Source: Hydrolagus colliei (taxonomy: Eukaryota). From it: DNA of 64,000 bases. Every line of letters begins with the position of its first letter. Position 1 is the stretch's first letter. The stretch lies in contig CM068744.1 in the NCBI GenBank assembly GCA_035084275.1, forward strand, positions 99,882,001-99,946,000. Reading direction: 5' to 3'. The position numbers were made by a program, and so were the translations under genes. The notes beneath the pieces are model-generated. The model was given only the letters and a program-made list of their open reading frames with translations. It made no database searches and was not told the origin of the DNA. Positions 36,493 through 49,779 of the stretch are shown here, in pieces.

Positions 36493-37854
36493 AAAAGGTG
36501 TTTAAGGAGGAAACTAGACGCACACATGAAGGAAACAGTAAAGAAGAGGGTATCTCGAAGCTCATGTGGAACTTAAACACCGCCATGCACTAGGTAGGCT
36601 GAATGGCCCATATCTCCAGCAATGTGGAACATGTTGATCTCTGCATTGGAGTATCAACTTAAACTGTACGAGTTCAAAGTCCTGATGAGGACCTTCCGAG
36701 TGAAAGGCAAGAATACTATCACTGAGTCAGGCTGACTTTTTGTTTAGTTTTTTAAAAAAGCCTCCAAATTTTCCACTTCGCTAATTATTTCAAATTGATG
36801 CCTTTTCGTCACTTACCCACCAACCAGTGGAAATAATATTTCCCTATATAGACCATCAAAACGCCGAGGGATTTTAAAGAAGTCTTGGGTCTTCCCTCAA
36901 CCTCCTCTGATTTGAGTGAAAATAGGACCAATTCCTTCAGTCTCAGTTGAAGTGAGTCACTGATAACTTGGTCCGCTATTTTCCCAGTAAGTTACTCGAG
37001 TTATCGTTGTTGTAAGTTATTGTTTTAGAGCTGACCACCCACAGTGTAACTCCGAAAGCCAAGCAGCAATCAGTTCAAGTTGGACAGATAACTGGGAGAT
37101 GAGCACTCGGTTTCATGCCATTATTAGTAAGGTTGTCTGCAACATGTTTTGGATTTCCTGTACACTGATATGAAGGAATGCCAGATAAGCATGTTAGTGA
37201 TTCAACTAACAGTAAATAAAATCTTGTCTGAGTCATACAGACATTCGATCGCAGGCGTATCAAATTGTATCGATGCAAAGCCCGAAGGCAAAGTTCTATC
37301 GGTTAGGGCAGTCCACTTGTCTACCAATATGAATATATTTATTTATGTTGCTATAAAGGTGAACAGGAGTAGAGGAGTTTAAGGTTCGCTTTTCTTGTGC
37401 GATTGTGGTGGTTATCTGAATTGCACAATCTGTGTACTGAGGCAATGATGACAGACGATAGGCTTCCCTTGACTATTGGGACTGCTTGAAGGCGATTGAG
37501 GTTCTTGGTCTGTTGATCAGCAGAAAGCCTTCTATTTAATGACCTTTTGTGTCTCCAGTGCTGGAATGCGCCCTGACTAAAGGTGGGTCTGGCTCATTGT
37601 CCAAAAGAAAACTAGAATTATTGTTGGTTCAATAATGCAGAGTTATGTCAGTTATGCTGAAAGACAACATGTTGTGCATACTTTTAGGAGATATTTTTCA
37701 CTGTGAGTTTGGTCGCTTGTGTGATCCAAAACAAAGTAAAATAAAACTTGAAAGAAATTTAACCACCAGTGTTTCACCACTCAGAAAATATGCTGTAATG
37801 TGCCTCTATTTTAACAGTTGCACAACTAAATTAAAAGCTTCCTAATAGGTATAC

Positions 37855-39286
37855 TAGGGTCCGGCGATATATCGATATATCGCTAAAACCCAATATAATT
37901 TTCATATCGATACGCCGATATAGGCATTTTGAACATATCGATATATCGAAAAAACAATATATCAAGGTAAAAAATCGGAATGCCGCACACTGAACTACAA
38001 GACCCAGAATGCTCATCTCTATACACAATGCACAGACCGAGGTGCAAAGCCGCCATCTTGTATTCATAGTCCTCGAATACAATATACAGGTATGCAAGGG
38101 GTGGGGGGTGAGAGAGACGGCTGAGGGGGTGGGGTGAGGGGGAGAGAGACTGCTGGGGGGGGTGAGCGGTAGAGAGACGGCTGGGGGGGGGCGGTGGTGA
38201 GTGGGAGAGAGACGGCTGGGGGGCGCGGGGAGGGGGAGAGAGACGGCTGGGGGGGAGGGGGAGGGGGAGGGGGAGAGAGACGGCTGGGGGGGAGGGGGGG
38301 GAAGAGACGGCTGGGGCGTGGGGGGGGGGATGAGGCGGAGAGAGACGGCTGGGGGTGGGTGAGGAATAGAGAGATGGATGGGGGGGGTGAGGGGGAGAGA
38401 GACGGCTGTGGGGGGAGAGAGACGGCTGTGGGTTGGAGGGGAGGAGAGACGGCTGGGGGGGGTGAGGGGGAGAGAGACGGCTGGGGGGGGTGAGGGGGAG
38501 CGAGACGGATGGAGGGGGCGGAGGAGGGGGAGAGAGACTGCTGGGGGGAGGAGGTAGAGAGACGGCTGTGGGTGAAGGGGGAGAGAGTCGGCTGGGGGGT
38601 TGGGGTGGGGGAGAGACGGTTGGGGGGGGGTGAGGGGGAGAGAGACGAATGGAGGGGGCGGGGGAGGGGGAGAGAGACGGCTGGGGGAGAGGGGGAGAGG
38701 GACGGCTGGCGGGGGGAGGGGGAGAGAGTCGGCTGGGGGGGGGTGGGGGGGAGGGAGAGATGGCTGTGGGGGGGTGAGGGGGAGAGAGATGGCTTGGGGG
38801 GGGTTGGGTGGGGAGAGACGGCTGCGGGATAGGAGGAGGAGAGAGACGCTGGGGGGGGGGGGGTGGGAGGGGGAGAGAGACGACTGGGGGCGGGTGGGGG
38901 TGAAGAGAGACGGCTGGTGGGGGGTGGAGAGACGGCGGGGGGTGGGGGGCGGGGAGAGACGGGGTGGATGTGATATTATACAGATAGATAGAGATGGGGG
39001 GGATGTGAGAGAGACACACAGACAGAAAAACACAGAGATGGAGAGAGTGAGAGACACAGAGAGAGAAAGATATTTACCTCCTGAGAAGATAGGCCCCGAA
39101 TGCGTGCGTACCCCGAATGCGCGAGCACACGGAACGCGCACGCACTCTGAATGTGCGCGCACTCGGTATGCGCACCGCGCGCGCATGCGCTGTATGAAAA
39201 ACCCGAAAATATCGATTTTTCGCTATATCTCGATATGAGCCCATCGATATATCTAAATCGGAAAATTTCCATATCGACGGACCCTA
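37855..39286. mobile_element. Second copy of the same non-autonomous hAT element, 1432 bp, with expanded minisatellite
   Basis: Same TIRs and near-identical arms as 10724-11560; TSD AGGTATAC at 37847-37854 and 39288-39295 (one extra G at 39287). Confidence 0.92.
38098..38966 (+). repeat. G-rich minisatellite (same unit) inside hAT copy 2
   Basis: Same AGAGAGACGGCT core; array about 870 bp. Confidence 0.9.
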
Positions 39287-39437
39287 GAGGTATACTAAGG
39301 TTGTTTCATTCCATATCAATAATACACCATCCACTCTCCATCATACGCTGAGATATAGCTACTTTCTTCATCTCGATTCAGTTCACTTGATGGTAATAAA
39401 GTGGAGAAATGTTAGATTTAACTTTTACTCGAGTCCT

Positions 39438-39788
39438 GGAGTCCTGTAGCTCAGTGGTTAGAGCACTCGCCTTGTAAGCAAGTTACCTGAGTTCAATTCC
39501 AGGCAGGGTGAAATCTGGGCAAGTTCCCTTACTCCACACGCCTGATAATAATCCCTCAAAAAATATGTGGTCATTTCAATTTGCGACTATTTTTGGGACA
39601 CTGCTGTGCGCAATTGGCTGCCGCGTTTCACCCACAAAATATACAGTCAATTCACTTTGCTGTATATTCTGCGAAGCGCTTTGGGACATCGATAAGATGT
39701 GAAAAGCACTATATCAAATGCAAGGATTATTATTTTATTATTATTAGAAGACATGATAAGCGCTATATCAAAAGCAACTATTATTATT
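39438..39788 (+). mobile_element. Full-length tRNA-derived SINE with a duplicated tail
   Basis: A box TAGCTCAGTGG, B box GTTCAATTCC, core and tail, then a second AGCGCTATATCAAAAGCAACTATTATT. Confidence 0.88.
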
Positions 39789-42759
39789 ACAGTACTGAGT
39801 TGATTGCCTTTGTATATTTTTTTAAAAACCAAACAATAATAATTGTAAACTATCAAGTTAGGTACTGTTTTTTTAAGTTCCATTAGCTGCAGGCACTTTT
39901 AAAAACTCTAATGCCCATCACATCGCCCAAATAAATCCGTGTTTGGTGCCAACTGCAGGGAATCTTTGTGCCAGCTGTCCCTTTGAAGCATATTACCGTA
40001 TCTGTTTTTTCTAAATTATTTGATCATTCAAATGAAACCTTGCTCTAATTTGGGCTGTTCTCCTATTTTAAGAGGTTAAGTGTCTATAGAAGGCTTCTTT
40101 GCTGAATACACAGGATGAGAGGAAATGCTGCTCTTTCATTGCTGATCACATTTAGAGTCATCTGAAAGCTTAATGGTTTTGGGCCCGTCCCTGAATCCAA
40201 ACTATCATCATGCTTCAAAAGAAGCAGCAAATCTGTTTTTTATTTAGGTTTCCAACCTCCTTTAGACTCCAGTTCTTCTTTGACTTGGCAATAGCCCTAA
40301 TGCAGAGCAGCATTGATCAAAGGCTTTCAAATGCCAGATAGTGTGTTGCTGTTTTAAGTTAAGAATAAGATTCTGTATGTTTGAGTTCCTTCATTGAGTG
40401 CACTAAATTGACATACAGCATCAGAAAACAGGTCTGTACATCCATTGCTTTTCACGCGTTTCTGAATTATGCTAAAAAAATGTATTACATCTTCAGAACT
40501 GTAAATGTGTAGGAACCAGATGTTGACATTCGAGTCACATTGTCAAGTTGTTCAATTTACAGTGGGAACAGTTTCCTGAGTGATCAACAGTTTGAAGGGG
40601 GCCGGGTGGGGGGTGAAGAGATAAGTCCTTGGGTTTGATACAACCCTTCATCACTTCATCAAAATGTCTGAGCTTCCGACAATGCAATATTTCCCAAGCA
40701 TTCCACTAAAATATCAACCTAGATTGTGAGTGCAAAGTCCTGTTTGGGACTTAAACCCACAATCTTCTGACTTGGAGCCGAGAGTGCTACCAACTGAGCC
40801 AAGCTAACGCCTGTGGCAGCGATTATTGTTGTAGTAGACTGATGTAGCTGAAAACTACAGGAGGGAGCAGGCTACAGGAGGTCTGGGCTGTGGTAATCAC
40901 ATACTGTATTTAAGTACAGTACATATGCTTCAGATTTTATGACTGCATTCCTATTTTACTTCCATTTGAATGGATTCACATCTGACCCTGTGGTTAAAGT
41001 GCATTAGGAGCAGTCCAAAGGTTCGGAATCTTGCTTGTCAGGATCAAAGTTTAAATTCACGTATGAATTCAACACTTCGTTTTTCTAGTGGAAATGAGGA
41101 GCTTTGGATCTGAAGTGGCTATATTTTAGTTGTGAATAGTTTGGATATATGACTGAAGGCAATGCTTATTTTTTTTCGTCCCAACCACACACCACATTTT
41201 TATCGCTTGCAAATTCTACATGATATATGATATATGATATATGAAGATGGCCAGTCTGCGTCAGTCTATGCAACATAAGATTAGCACAGAAACTCATAGA
41301 GACTTGAAGCCAATGACTGATGAATCACTCAACCAATTTGCTCTTCAACCACACAAACAGCTTTCCAACTACAATTGGGTTTTATAAACCAGGATAATTT
41401 GGCGCCTAGAATGCTTAGAGAGAGACTAGTTTGAACAATAATAATCATTGCCTTTGATATTGTGCATAATTATGCCGATGAGACATCTCAAAGCACTTTG
41501 TAAGATTTTTATGTCGCCGTCATTCAGGTTGTCAGTTTTTTTGTGTCATCGTCGGTAAGGTTGCCTGAAGTGGAGTGACTGTGTATTTTCTATTGAACGC
41601 CACCGCCAATTATATCCCATTAAACAGTTGGCATCTCTGACATTGCAGCGTTTCCTCAGCATTGGGGAGATGGCCCGGACTCTGAGCTGATTTTTTTTAA
41701 AAAGAGAAAAAACTGTGTGAGTTTAAAATCCAGACGTGGGGATTGAACCTACAACCTTTTAGCATTACTGGATGAAAACGTTTGCGTCACTTTTGCTTCA
41801 GGTTAGGGTTTTCAAATGGCTCAAGAAAAGCCATCTGTTTCCAGGGTTATCGAGGGGTCAGGGACAATGTTGAGTGTATTCCATGTAAGTAACTCTGTCC
41901 GTGTGCTGCCAGGATTGCAGAACTGAGCTCTCAATATTGTACAAAAGTGGGTCCTGTTCTGTGTTGCAGGTGTAACTCCCCCCAAAAAGGTTAGATTCAA
42001 TTGAGGATTGATCACTCCCTTTCTTAGTGGATGTTGTTCCTTGTTAAAAATTGACGATTAGATTTTCGCTTGCAGTCAAAACTGCAAATATAGCCCCACA
42101 ACAACTGGAGGAAGCTTCATTACGTCTGCATTTCTGTTTAAATCATTGTCCTCCAAAAGGTTTTCCTTCCTTAACATTGTTCCCTGTTGCCTGTGAGCAG
42201 CCTGTTGAACAGAGTGATTGATATGAAGCCTGTGCCATAACCTGCTGGCCTATAGAATTAGACAGATGTGGGCTAATTGGGAGCTGAAGTATCTGATTCT
42301 CTATTTATCTTTTCATGAGGATGGTTCTTTTTGCGTTCAGCCTTGCAATAAATCCGTGCAAACTCAACAAGGGGAAGTGCGGCCTTAAATTGTTTTTACT
42401 CCACAGAAAGGATTAGATAAATGAGTGTGTGTATACTGTGTTTTGGTTCAACCCGAAAAGTTTGTACTGTACTGTAATAAGATTCTTTGCTTTTGGAACT
42501 GTACGGTATTCTGCGAGTGTAATTTACAATCACAGAAGAGCACAGCCAACTATTGCGTTCATATCCCTTTGAGAGACTCCTGATAAGAATGAGGGATCCC
42601 TGTGCTCAAGAATGAAGCGGTTGCTGTCTTGGCATCCAGTGTTGATTGACTGCTCCCAAGTTCTCGCATAGCTTCAGTCACGTAACACATGCACGGGGGG
42701 AAAAAGGAGGGAACTCGAATAAGAAAATGTTAGGAAATCTACTTTTTTTTTAGATACAG

Positions 42760-43172
42760 TGAGAGTGCAATGAAATGGGATTATAGTAGATAAAAGTCAG
42801 GAGTTTGAACTTGTATAGTTTATGCTGACCTGCAGTGCTGGGGGAAGTGCAACATTGTTAGAAGTGCCATCCTTCAGATGAGATGTTAAACCAAAGTTCT
42901 GGCTGCCAACTCTGGTGGGTGCGGGAACCCCATCATGGCACTACTTGAATAGACAAGGGCGTTTCTCCCAACGTGCCAACCATCAATCCTCTAGAAAACC
43001 TTGATCTTTCACTTTGTGATTATTTGTGGGACATCACAATGTGCTTATTGACTGCACTATTCACACTCACAAAATAATCACAGTCGCAACACGTTTTGCA
43101 TTATATCCTGTGAAGTGCTTTCAAGACATCCTCTTGACATATGAAAGGCGCTGTGTCAAATACAAGGATTGT
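42760..43172 (+). mobile_element. Old DeuSINE
   Basis: GAAGTGCCATCCTTCAGATGAGATGTTAAACCAAAG...ATGGCACTACTTGAA...TTGTGGGACATC...ATGAAAGGCGCTGTGTCAAATACAAG. Confidence 0.75.
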
Positions 43173-43384
43173 TTACAGTGTGGCTGTTAATACATTAGGA
43201 TTAGACAGGAGATGCCAAATGGCCTCTTTGCTGTGAATAATATTTCCCAGAGCATGGCAGGTTTGTACTTAGAAAGCACTTTAATTGTTAAACTAATCTC
43301 TCGTTACTCCAACCAATGGGATTACTGGTGGGAAGATTCTGATACAAGGAGTAAGAAAGACTTTAACTAATATGCATAAATGTT

Positions 43385-43822
43385 TAATTTGCAGTGTGAA
43401 GTGACTGGGATATTGCCAGGGATGAAAGATTTCAGTAATAAAGATATACCTGAGAGGCTAGATTTTTTTCTATTAATATTGAGGGGGTTCAGAAATGACC
43501 TAATAGAGGTTTTTAGTATTATGAAGGGTTGTCTGATGAATAATAATGGATCATTTCCACTGGCCAGTGAATCAATAACTAGTAAGTGGAAATTTCTGAT
43601 CTCAAAGGAATTAAAGTGGAAAGTGACACGATTCGAATATGGAATTCTCCGATTTTGCTCCAGAGCCCATGATATCCTTGAAAAATAAATTTGATTTTGA
43701 AACAGCTATATTAAAGGATATAAAGAGAGTGGGATATGGTAAGGTGACCAATGTGGAGAACACATGATCGCAGGCTTGATGGACCAAATGGCCTGTTTCT
43801 GTTCTGTAACATCTAATGATTT
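43385..43822 (+). mobile_element. Old CR1 3' fragment
   Basis: Remnant LRGFRNDLIEVFSIMKG (CR1 RGDLIEVFKIMKG-like) and tail GGACCAAATGGCCTGTTTCTGTTCTGTAACATCTAATGATT. Confidence 0.65.
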
Positions 43823-44107
43823 TGTTTCCTGAGGCTCCAGTGTTTCTGTACTCTTGACAGTATTATTAAATCAACGACTGAACTAGCACAGATTTCTGTG
43901 CATATGAAGATGAAAGAGAAAACAACATAACTTATGCTTCTTGCCTTCAATTACATAAATTACATAACGTAATATGGAATGGAAACAGGCAGTTTGATCC
44001 AACTAGTCCATGCGCGTGTTTATACTTCACACAAACCCGCACCCTCCGCGGAGCTCCCCCCTCCGGGAGACCTCTCTTCACTGATGCGAATAACCTGAAT
44101 GTGGTGA

Positions 44108-44456
44108 AGGAGCTCCTATGTAGCTCAGTCTTGTAGAGTCCTGTGAAGTCCTGTAGCTCAGTGGCTAGAGCACGCGCCTTACATGCGTGAGACCTGTGTT
44201 CGAATCCAGGCAGGGCGAAACTTTGGGCAAGTTTCTTTACTTCACACGCCTAATAGTAATCCCTCAAAAAAACAAGAAATCGAATTGGTCACTTCAACCC
44301 ACAACCGTTTGTGGGACACTGCTGTGCGCAATTGGCTGCCACGTTTCGCCCATAAATATACAGTTAATTCACTTTACACTTTCACTTTAATTCGCTTTGA
44401 GACGTCCAGAAGACGTGAAACATGCCATATCAAATGCAAGAATTATTATATTATTA
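44108..44456 (+). mobile_element. Full-length tRNA-derived SINE with a stuttered 5' head
   Basis: GGAGCTCCTATGTAGCTCAGT / GAGTCCTGTG / AGTCCTGTAGCTCAGTGG, then B box GTTCGAATCC, core and tail. Confidence 0.86.
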
Positions 44457-47124
44457 GTTATTATCTTCAATATGTATGTAATATTTAAATTTGTGTCTAC
44501 AGTTTAAACCAGCTTTCTTGAGATTGCAAGTGGTTCTGGCAAATGTGAAAGCTTCAATATGTTTGGCACTCGGTTGATATGGATTGAGATGCTCGTTAAG
44601 CTTAGAGCTCCACTGAACTCTTATTTGATCAGACCTAGTGTTCTTGAATTTTATAACAGTTTCCCCACCCGCCTGGCCATTCATTTTCAATTGCCTTCAC
44701 ATCTCCATAGTAACATCGAGTGAGTATTTTGCTCTTTTGTCGTGTGGTTTGGTTTAGTTTTACCGTCTGGTATACATTTAAAATGGGTGTGTGTTTTTTT
44801 CAAAGTTGTCCCTTATTTCTTGGTGGGAGGCAGTTTGAAGCATGGGAATTTCAGTTCTCTTAACGCTACTGGTCTTACAGGCTACAAACTTTTTTATACT
44901 CTTAATAACTTTGCCATTGTTTTGCTGAGACTCCCTGAAGTGCCACCAATTAGGAGAGGTAATGTCTGCAACTGTTTGGATGAGGTTTTGTTGGTGTCAG
45001 TATGGTGACCTTTCGAGAGCCCTTCTCAGAGTCCTTTTATCGCATCTCTTTCATTGACAGCCAAGGCCCAAGCATAGCGCGGGATTCTGTGCTTGACCGC
45101 ATATTGCTGAATCTCCTCTGTTCTTCCAGCTGTTAATCTTTCATTGTGTGTAATTGTGTTTTAATTTCAGAAGCTCTGCATTTATAATGGCATCGGGTCA
45201 CTTGCTGATTTTGAAGACTGGTTATCTCCATTTAAGAAGTTTTTTTTTATTGTGTGTTATGCACCGGCTGCATTAGAGCAGTTATTCTGTGCGTTTGTTC
45301 GTTGATTCATCTCGGCCTGCAAGCCCCACCAATGAAGTACGCATTTGCTTGAAAATAGATTCCAGTGAGAAGGTTATCGTGAATAAAACTAACCGTAGCA
45401 GTTTGCATCTGAGATGGCGAGAAAAGGTATAAGATTTGTAACTTAAAGAAAATATTTAGGCAGGAATGAGTCAATTGGGTCAGTGGTGCATTAAGAACCA
45501 CTGAAGTAATCTTAAGGAAGGTTTTCAAACTACTTCCATTGAAAATTTGATAGTGGGGGTTCAACATATTGGCTTTCTTTTTTTATTTGGTGACCTATGG
45601 AAAACCAATGAAGATCTTGTGGGTTAGTCTTAGTGAGGCCTGATGTTTGTCTCCAGCATCCTTTTGGAACATGAAATCATTGCCAATAAAATACTTCAAA
45701 GGAGTTTACAACGGACCACAGTTCCGAATCATTTTATGTGAAACTGCACGAATAAACTCGCTTTCAGTTTAATGTAACATCATTGGCAATTGTTTGTCTT
45801 TAGTAATAATTCTCGAATTTGGTTTAACAACTTATCACATCATCAGTGTCCGTCTCAAAGGCTTCACAAAATTTGCTGTAAAATATAATAATTGTATATT
45901 TTGCTAGGTAGCCAATTTGCGCACAGCAATATTCCCCAACCAGCCATGAAGTGAATGTCTAATATTTATTTGGGGGAATTGCTGGTCAGGACACTGCAAT
46001 AAGCTCCTTTCTCTTTCGAATAGTGCAGTGTATCAAGATTGTGTATTCATTTCTGCAATTCAAACTTTTCTGCAAATATAACCCATGATTTTGTGTGTGC
46101 GGCACACAAGTCCATTTGAATTTGTTATATACTGTTGTAACTTTCAAAATAAGTAGTCAAAAGGCGAGTCAGGTATTTACTGCTTGTTCGGATCAGTCAA
46201 CCTATGACACGTGGATGTTTTTATTTATTAAAATGAGACTTTTAAGTATCTACCAATATTGGTGAAATGTGAATCAACTGGAATGATTTAGCAGCGTAGG
46301 AGTCACTGTTCGTATAACTGAAATAGTACTCGCCTCCGACCTTGTTTGTAGAGAGTAGGAAATGAATATATTTTGCGGTATGATCTATAAATTGCTATGA
46401 ATTCCCCAAATGTCATTCTTGGTTTGGTGCAGGAAGTAACATCCTGGGGATGTGGAAGATCTACTGTAGATTAAATGATGTGGCTACTTTTATCCACATG
46501 TTCTTACACAGGCAAATTTGTTATCGTGCCCTTCGGACCCAAGATCAACATACGGTAAACATATTACACCTGGCTTCCAAATAGATCAGGTTTTTTTTTA
46601 AATGGCCATTTGCAGGTCGCCAGGCTGCTGACATCACTTCCTGACTTTGTGTCCACTTAATCAAACAATTATAAATCGTAATAAAACAATAATAAATTGG
46701 TCAATGCAATCCACGACTGTGTGTGGGACACTGCTGTGCGCAATTGGCTGCCATGTTCACCCACAAATATACGACCAATTCACTTTATTCAGCGCCTTGG
46801 GACATCCTCCCAACGTGAAAGGCGTTCTACAAATGTAATTCTGTTTGTTTGTTTGTTTGCTTCACTGTTCAAGAAAGATTAGCTGCACTTTCCTTCCCGT
46901 GTTCCATAGACCTTATTGTACCAAGTATTCATATAAAAACATCCACACAACAGTCTGCTCCTCTGAAGGTTTAACGGATAAATGTACCATGGAGATTGAA
47001 CAACTGTACACCAGAATGTTTGCCCACAAAATATAGTCAATTCACTTTGCAATATATTCTGTGAAGCACTTTAAGACATCTTGAACACGGGATAAGATAC
47101 TATACCCAATCCAAGTCTTATTAT

Positions 47125-47189
47125 TAAAGTAGAAAATTTGGCTGCCAATTACATGCTGACGCCAGTTGGCTGCCAATTTTTCTACTTTA
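47125..47189. other. Inverted repeat / hairpin, 26-bp stem and 13-nt loop
   Basis: TAAAGTAGAAAATTTGGCTGCCAATT-ACATGCTGACGCC-AGTTGGCTGCCAATTTTTCTACTTTA; two T-T mismatches and one G-T pair. Confidence 0.85.
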
Positions 47190-47519
47190 TGCTCCATATT
47201 AAATCTTTTAATTATTTCCAGATCACCTCCCTATTGAATCATTCGTTTAGGCTTCCCACCTGGTGATTCAGGTGGACATAAAGGAACCTGCACCACTATT
47301 TAAAGAAAGGTAGCATTTTCCTTCCAGATTTCTGGGTTCATGCTCCCGCCCCACCGCCACCCCCCTCCCCCTCCCCCCCGCCCCCCTCCCCCACTTTGCA
47401 CAAATTCATCTCAAATTAAGCTACAGTAATTGTCTCTTCATTGTTTCTAGAGTGTTGATGCAAACTAGCTGCCATGTTTGCCTACTTCACAGTGATTTCA
47501 TTTCTATGTAGGATTATAT

Positions 47520-47780
47520 GGTTACCGCCTGATAGTCCGAAGGTTCATTAGTCCGAAGTTTCCACTAACCCTAACCATAACCCTAACCCTCATCCTAACC
47601 CTAACCCTAACATTTGGACTAATGAACCTTCAGATTATCGCACCAAATGTTCAGATCAACGAACCTTATTTTCGGATTATCGAGAGGTAACCACGGTAAC
47701 CGCCCCGGGTATAGGAAATTTGTGTATTCGGACTATCGAACCTTCAGACTATCGAACCTTTGGACTATCAAGTGCCCCCT
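47520..47780. mobile_element. Second copy of the 8-bp-TSD, telomere-core element (261 bp)
   Basis: TSD GATTATAT at 47512-47519 and 47781-47788; same termini and internal GTAACCACGGTAACCGC junction; (CCCTAA)n at about 47565-47611. Confidence 0.85.
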
Positions 47781-47927
47781 GATTATATACCATGGAACTG
47801 TATGGAAATGGGCCATTCAGCCTACATCGTTCATGGCATTGTTTATGCACCACACGAGTCTCATACCCACTTCTTCTTTACTCTGTTCCCTTCATGTACG
47901 CATCTATTTTCCTCTTAAATCCTTCTT

Positions 47928-48168
47928 GTGGAGTCCTGTAGCTCAGTGGTTAGAGCATCGCATTGCAAGCGAGAGACCTGGGTTTGATTCCCAACAGTTT
48001 CCTTACGCCACACGACTGTTGTGGGACATTGTTGTGTGCAATTGTCTGCCCGTTTCACCCACAAATATACAATCAATTCACCCCACTGTACTTACAGTAT
48101 ATTCTATATATACATGCTTTGAGATGTCTAGGAGACGTAAAAAGCGATATATCAAATGCAAGGATTTA
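47928..48168 (+). mobile_element. tRNA-derived SINE, internally deleted
   Basis: GTGGAGTCCTGTAGCTCAGTGGTTAGAGCATCGCATTGCAAGCG...core...CAAATGCAAGGATT. Confidence 0.82.
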
Positions 48169-49596
48169 AACACATTGCTGTTTGCTTCAAGCACAGCCTC
48201 AGCAGTGAGTTCTATATTCTCACCACCCTCTGTGAGAATATTTTCCTAAACTTCCCTTTTAGATTTGGCACTCGCCTATCTTGTTTAAGTCCACACTTTA
48301 TTTTGAACTGCGACTGCGGCCATTTTATGAACTCTTTTGTAATCTTAAACCTAATTAACCTCATTCTGTAAAGCATTTTGTCATTTTTTAAGTGAATAGC
48401 TTTGCAACATAAGTGTTTGAATTAGGGAATCTCGGCAGGAGTGCTGTGTCACTTCAGTGTCATGGGGGCCATGAAAGGGTAAAAAACAACCCAGGGTTTC
48501 TAACTGCCTGTACGTGGATCTCTGCTGGGAAGTGTGTGTGTTAAATTCAAGATCAGACTTTGCTGTTCTGATTAAATAACCTATTTTACAGCGACAATCT
48601 GGACTGAAGATTGGGCCTTTGGGTAAAACATTGGGGATCAGCTGTTGGATGTTTCTGCTACATTGTACATCCATCATCTTCAGAAGAGAATAAAATCCAG
48701 AGAACCTTTACAGTTAAGCGAATGGAAATCGGTGGTTTTACCGAGTTATCAAACCAAGTTGGTTATTTGCTGCTGTATTGTTTGTAGGCCATTACTGTGC
48801 ACAAATTGGCTGCAGCGTTTGCCCAAAAAATACAGTCACTGTACCTCAAATCCTGTGAAGATGTTGTAACAAGATAAGGCACTATATCAAAACCAAGGAT
48901 TTGTTATTTATACCCTAGAAAAAAATTTAAATCCTGCCAATAAAACATATTCCCTTATCGCTGTGCAGATCTTGCCTTAATTGAGTATTGATGCTCTCTT
49001 TTTGGGTAGGGCCTCGGGGACTTTAAACACGCTTTGAAACGTCTAATCATGCAGATGGGACCTCGTGTTTACATCTCATTTAAAGGACACCGACTCTTGA
49101 CCATGTATCGCACCACCAGCACTGAATTGGCATGTCAGCCTCAACTACGATCTTACAAGTCCCAACATGGGGCTTGAAGCTATCATCTTTTAGCCAAGGC
49201 AGGGGTTGCTACCAAGTGAGCCAGGCCTCCCTTGAGCCTTCCTTGAAATTCCCCCCTTTAAACATAAATATTTAGAAACCGATTCTATTCTATGCACCGT
49301 TATAAAACTTGCGAGGAATTAAAAGTTGGATGAAACCCTGATTACTGGGACAAGTCTGCTGTGGTCATGTGCTTTGTTTTGGTGGGGGGTGGTGGGGGAG
49401 AGACTGATTGCAACCCTGTGATACAAGCCAACGTGACCAGAATACAGCTGAATGGGTTAAGTGTGCTCTGTAAAGTTTTGTAATATTGTACGAGAGGTTT
49501 GCAATTTAGGTTAGCTGCTATGCATTGAGAGTAATGCTGTGAATTCTCCTATCTCGCTCTGTGGAGCGCAAAGCAACAAACAAAACGTTTCTATGT

Positions 49597-49777
49597 AATA
49601 ATAATATTAATCCTTGCATTTGGTATAGCGCTTTTCACAGCTTATCGACGTTTCAAAGCGCTTCGCAGAATATACTGTAAAGTGAATTGACTGTATATTT
49701 GTGGGCAAAACGCGGCAGCCAATTGCGCACAGCAGTGTCCCACAAACGGTCGTGGATTGAAAATGACCAATTTTATA
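49597..49777 (-). mobile_element. 5'-truncated SINE abutting the Tigger-like element
   Basis: Near-consensus core and tail, reverse-complemented. Confidence 0.85.
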
Positions 49778-49779
49778 TG

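Noticed and set aside
37831-39238. Long Pro-rich and Gly-rich ORFs (451, 378 and 212 aa) and their counterparts at 10804-11594
   Set aside because: Stop-free translations of the G/C-rich minisatellite inside the hAT MITEs; open in several frames at once; no transposase motifs.
39438-39510. tRNA gene candidates (A and B boxes) here and at other SINE heads
   Set aside because: They run directly into the SINE body and lack a proper acceptor stem; these are SINE heads, not tRNA genes.
47565-47611. Interstitial telomere or chromosome-fusion scar
   Set aside because: Only a few degenerate CCCTAA units, located inside a TSD-flanked element present twice in the window.
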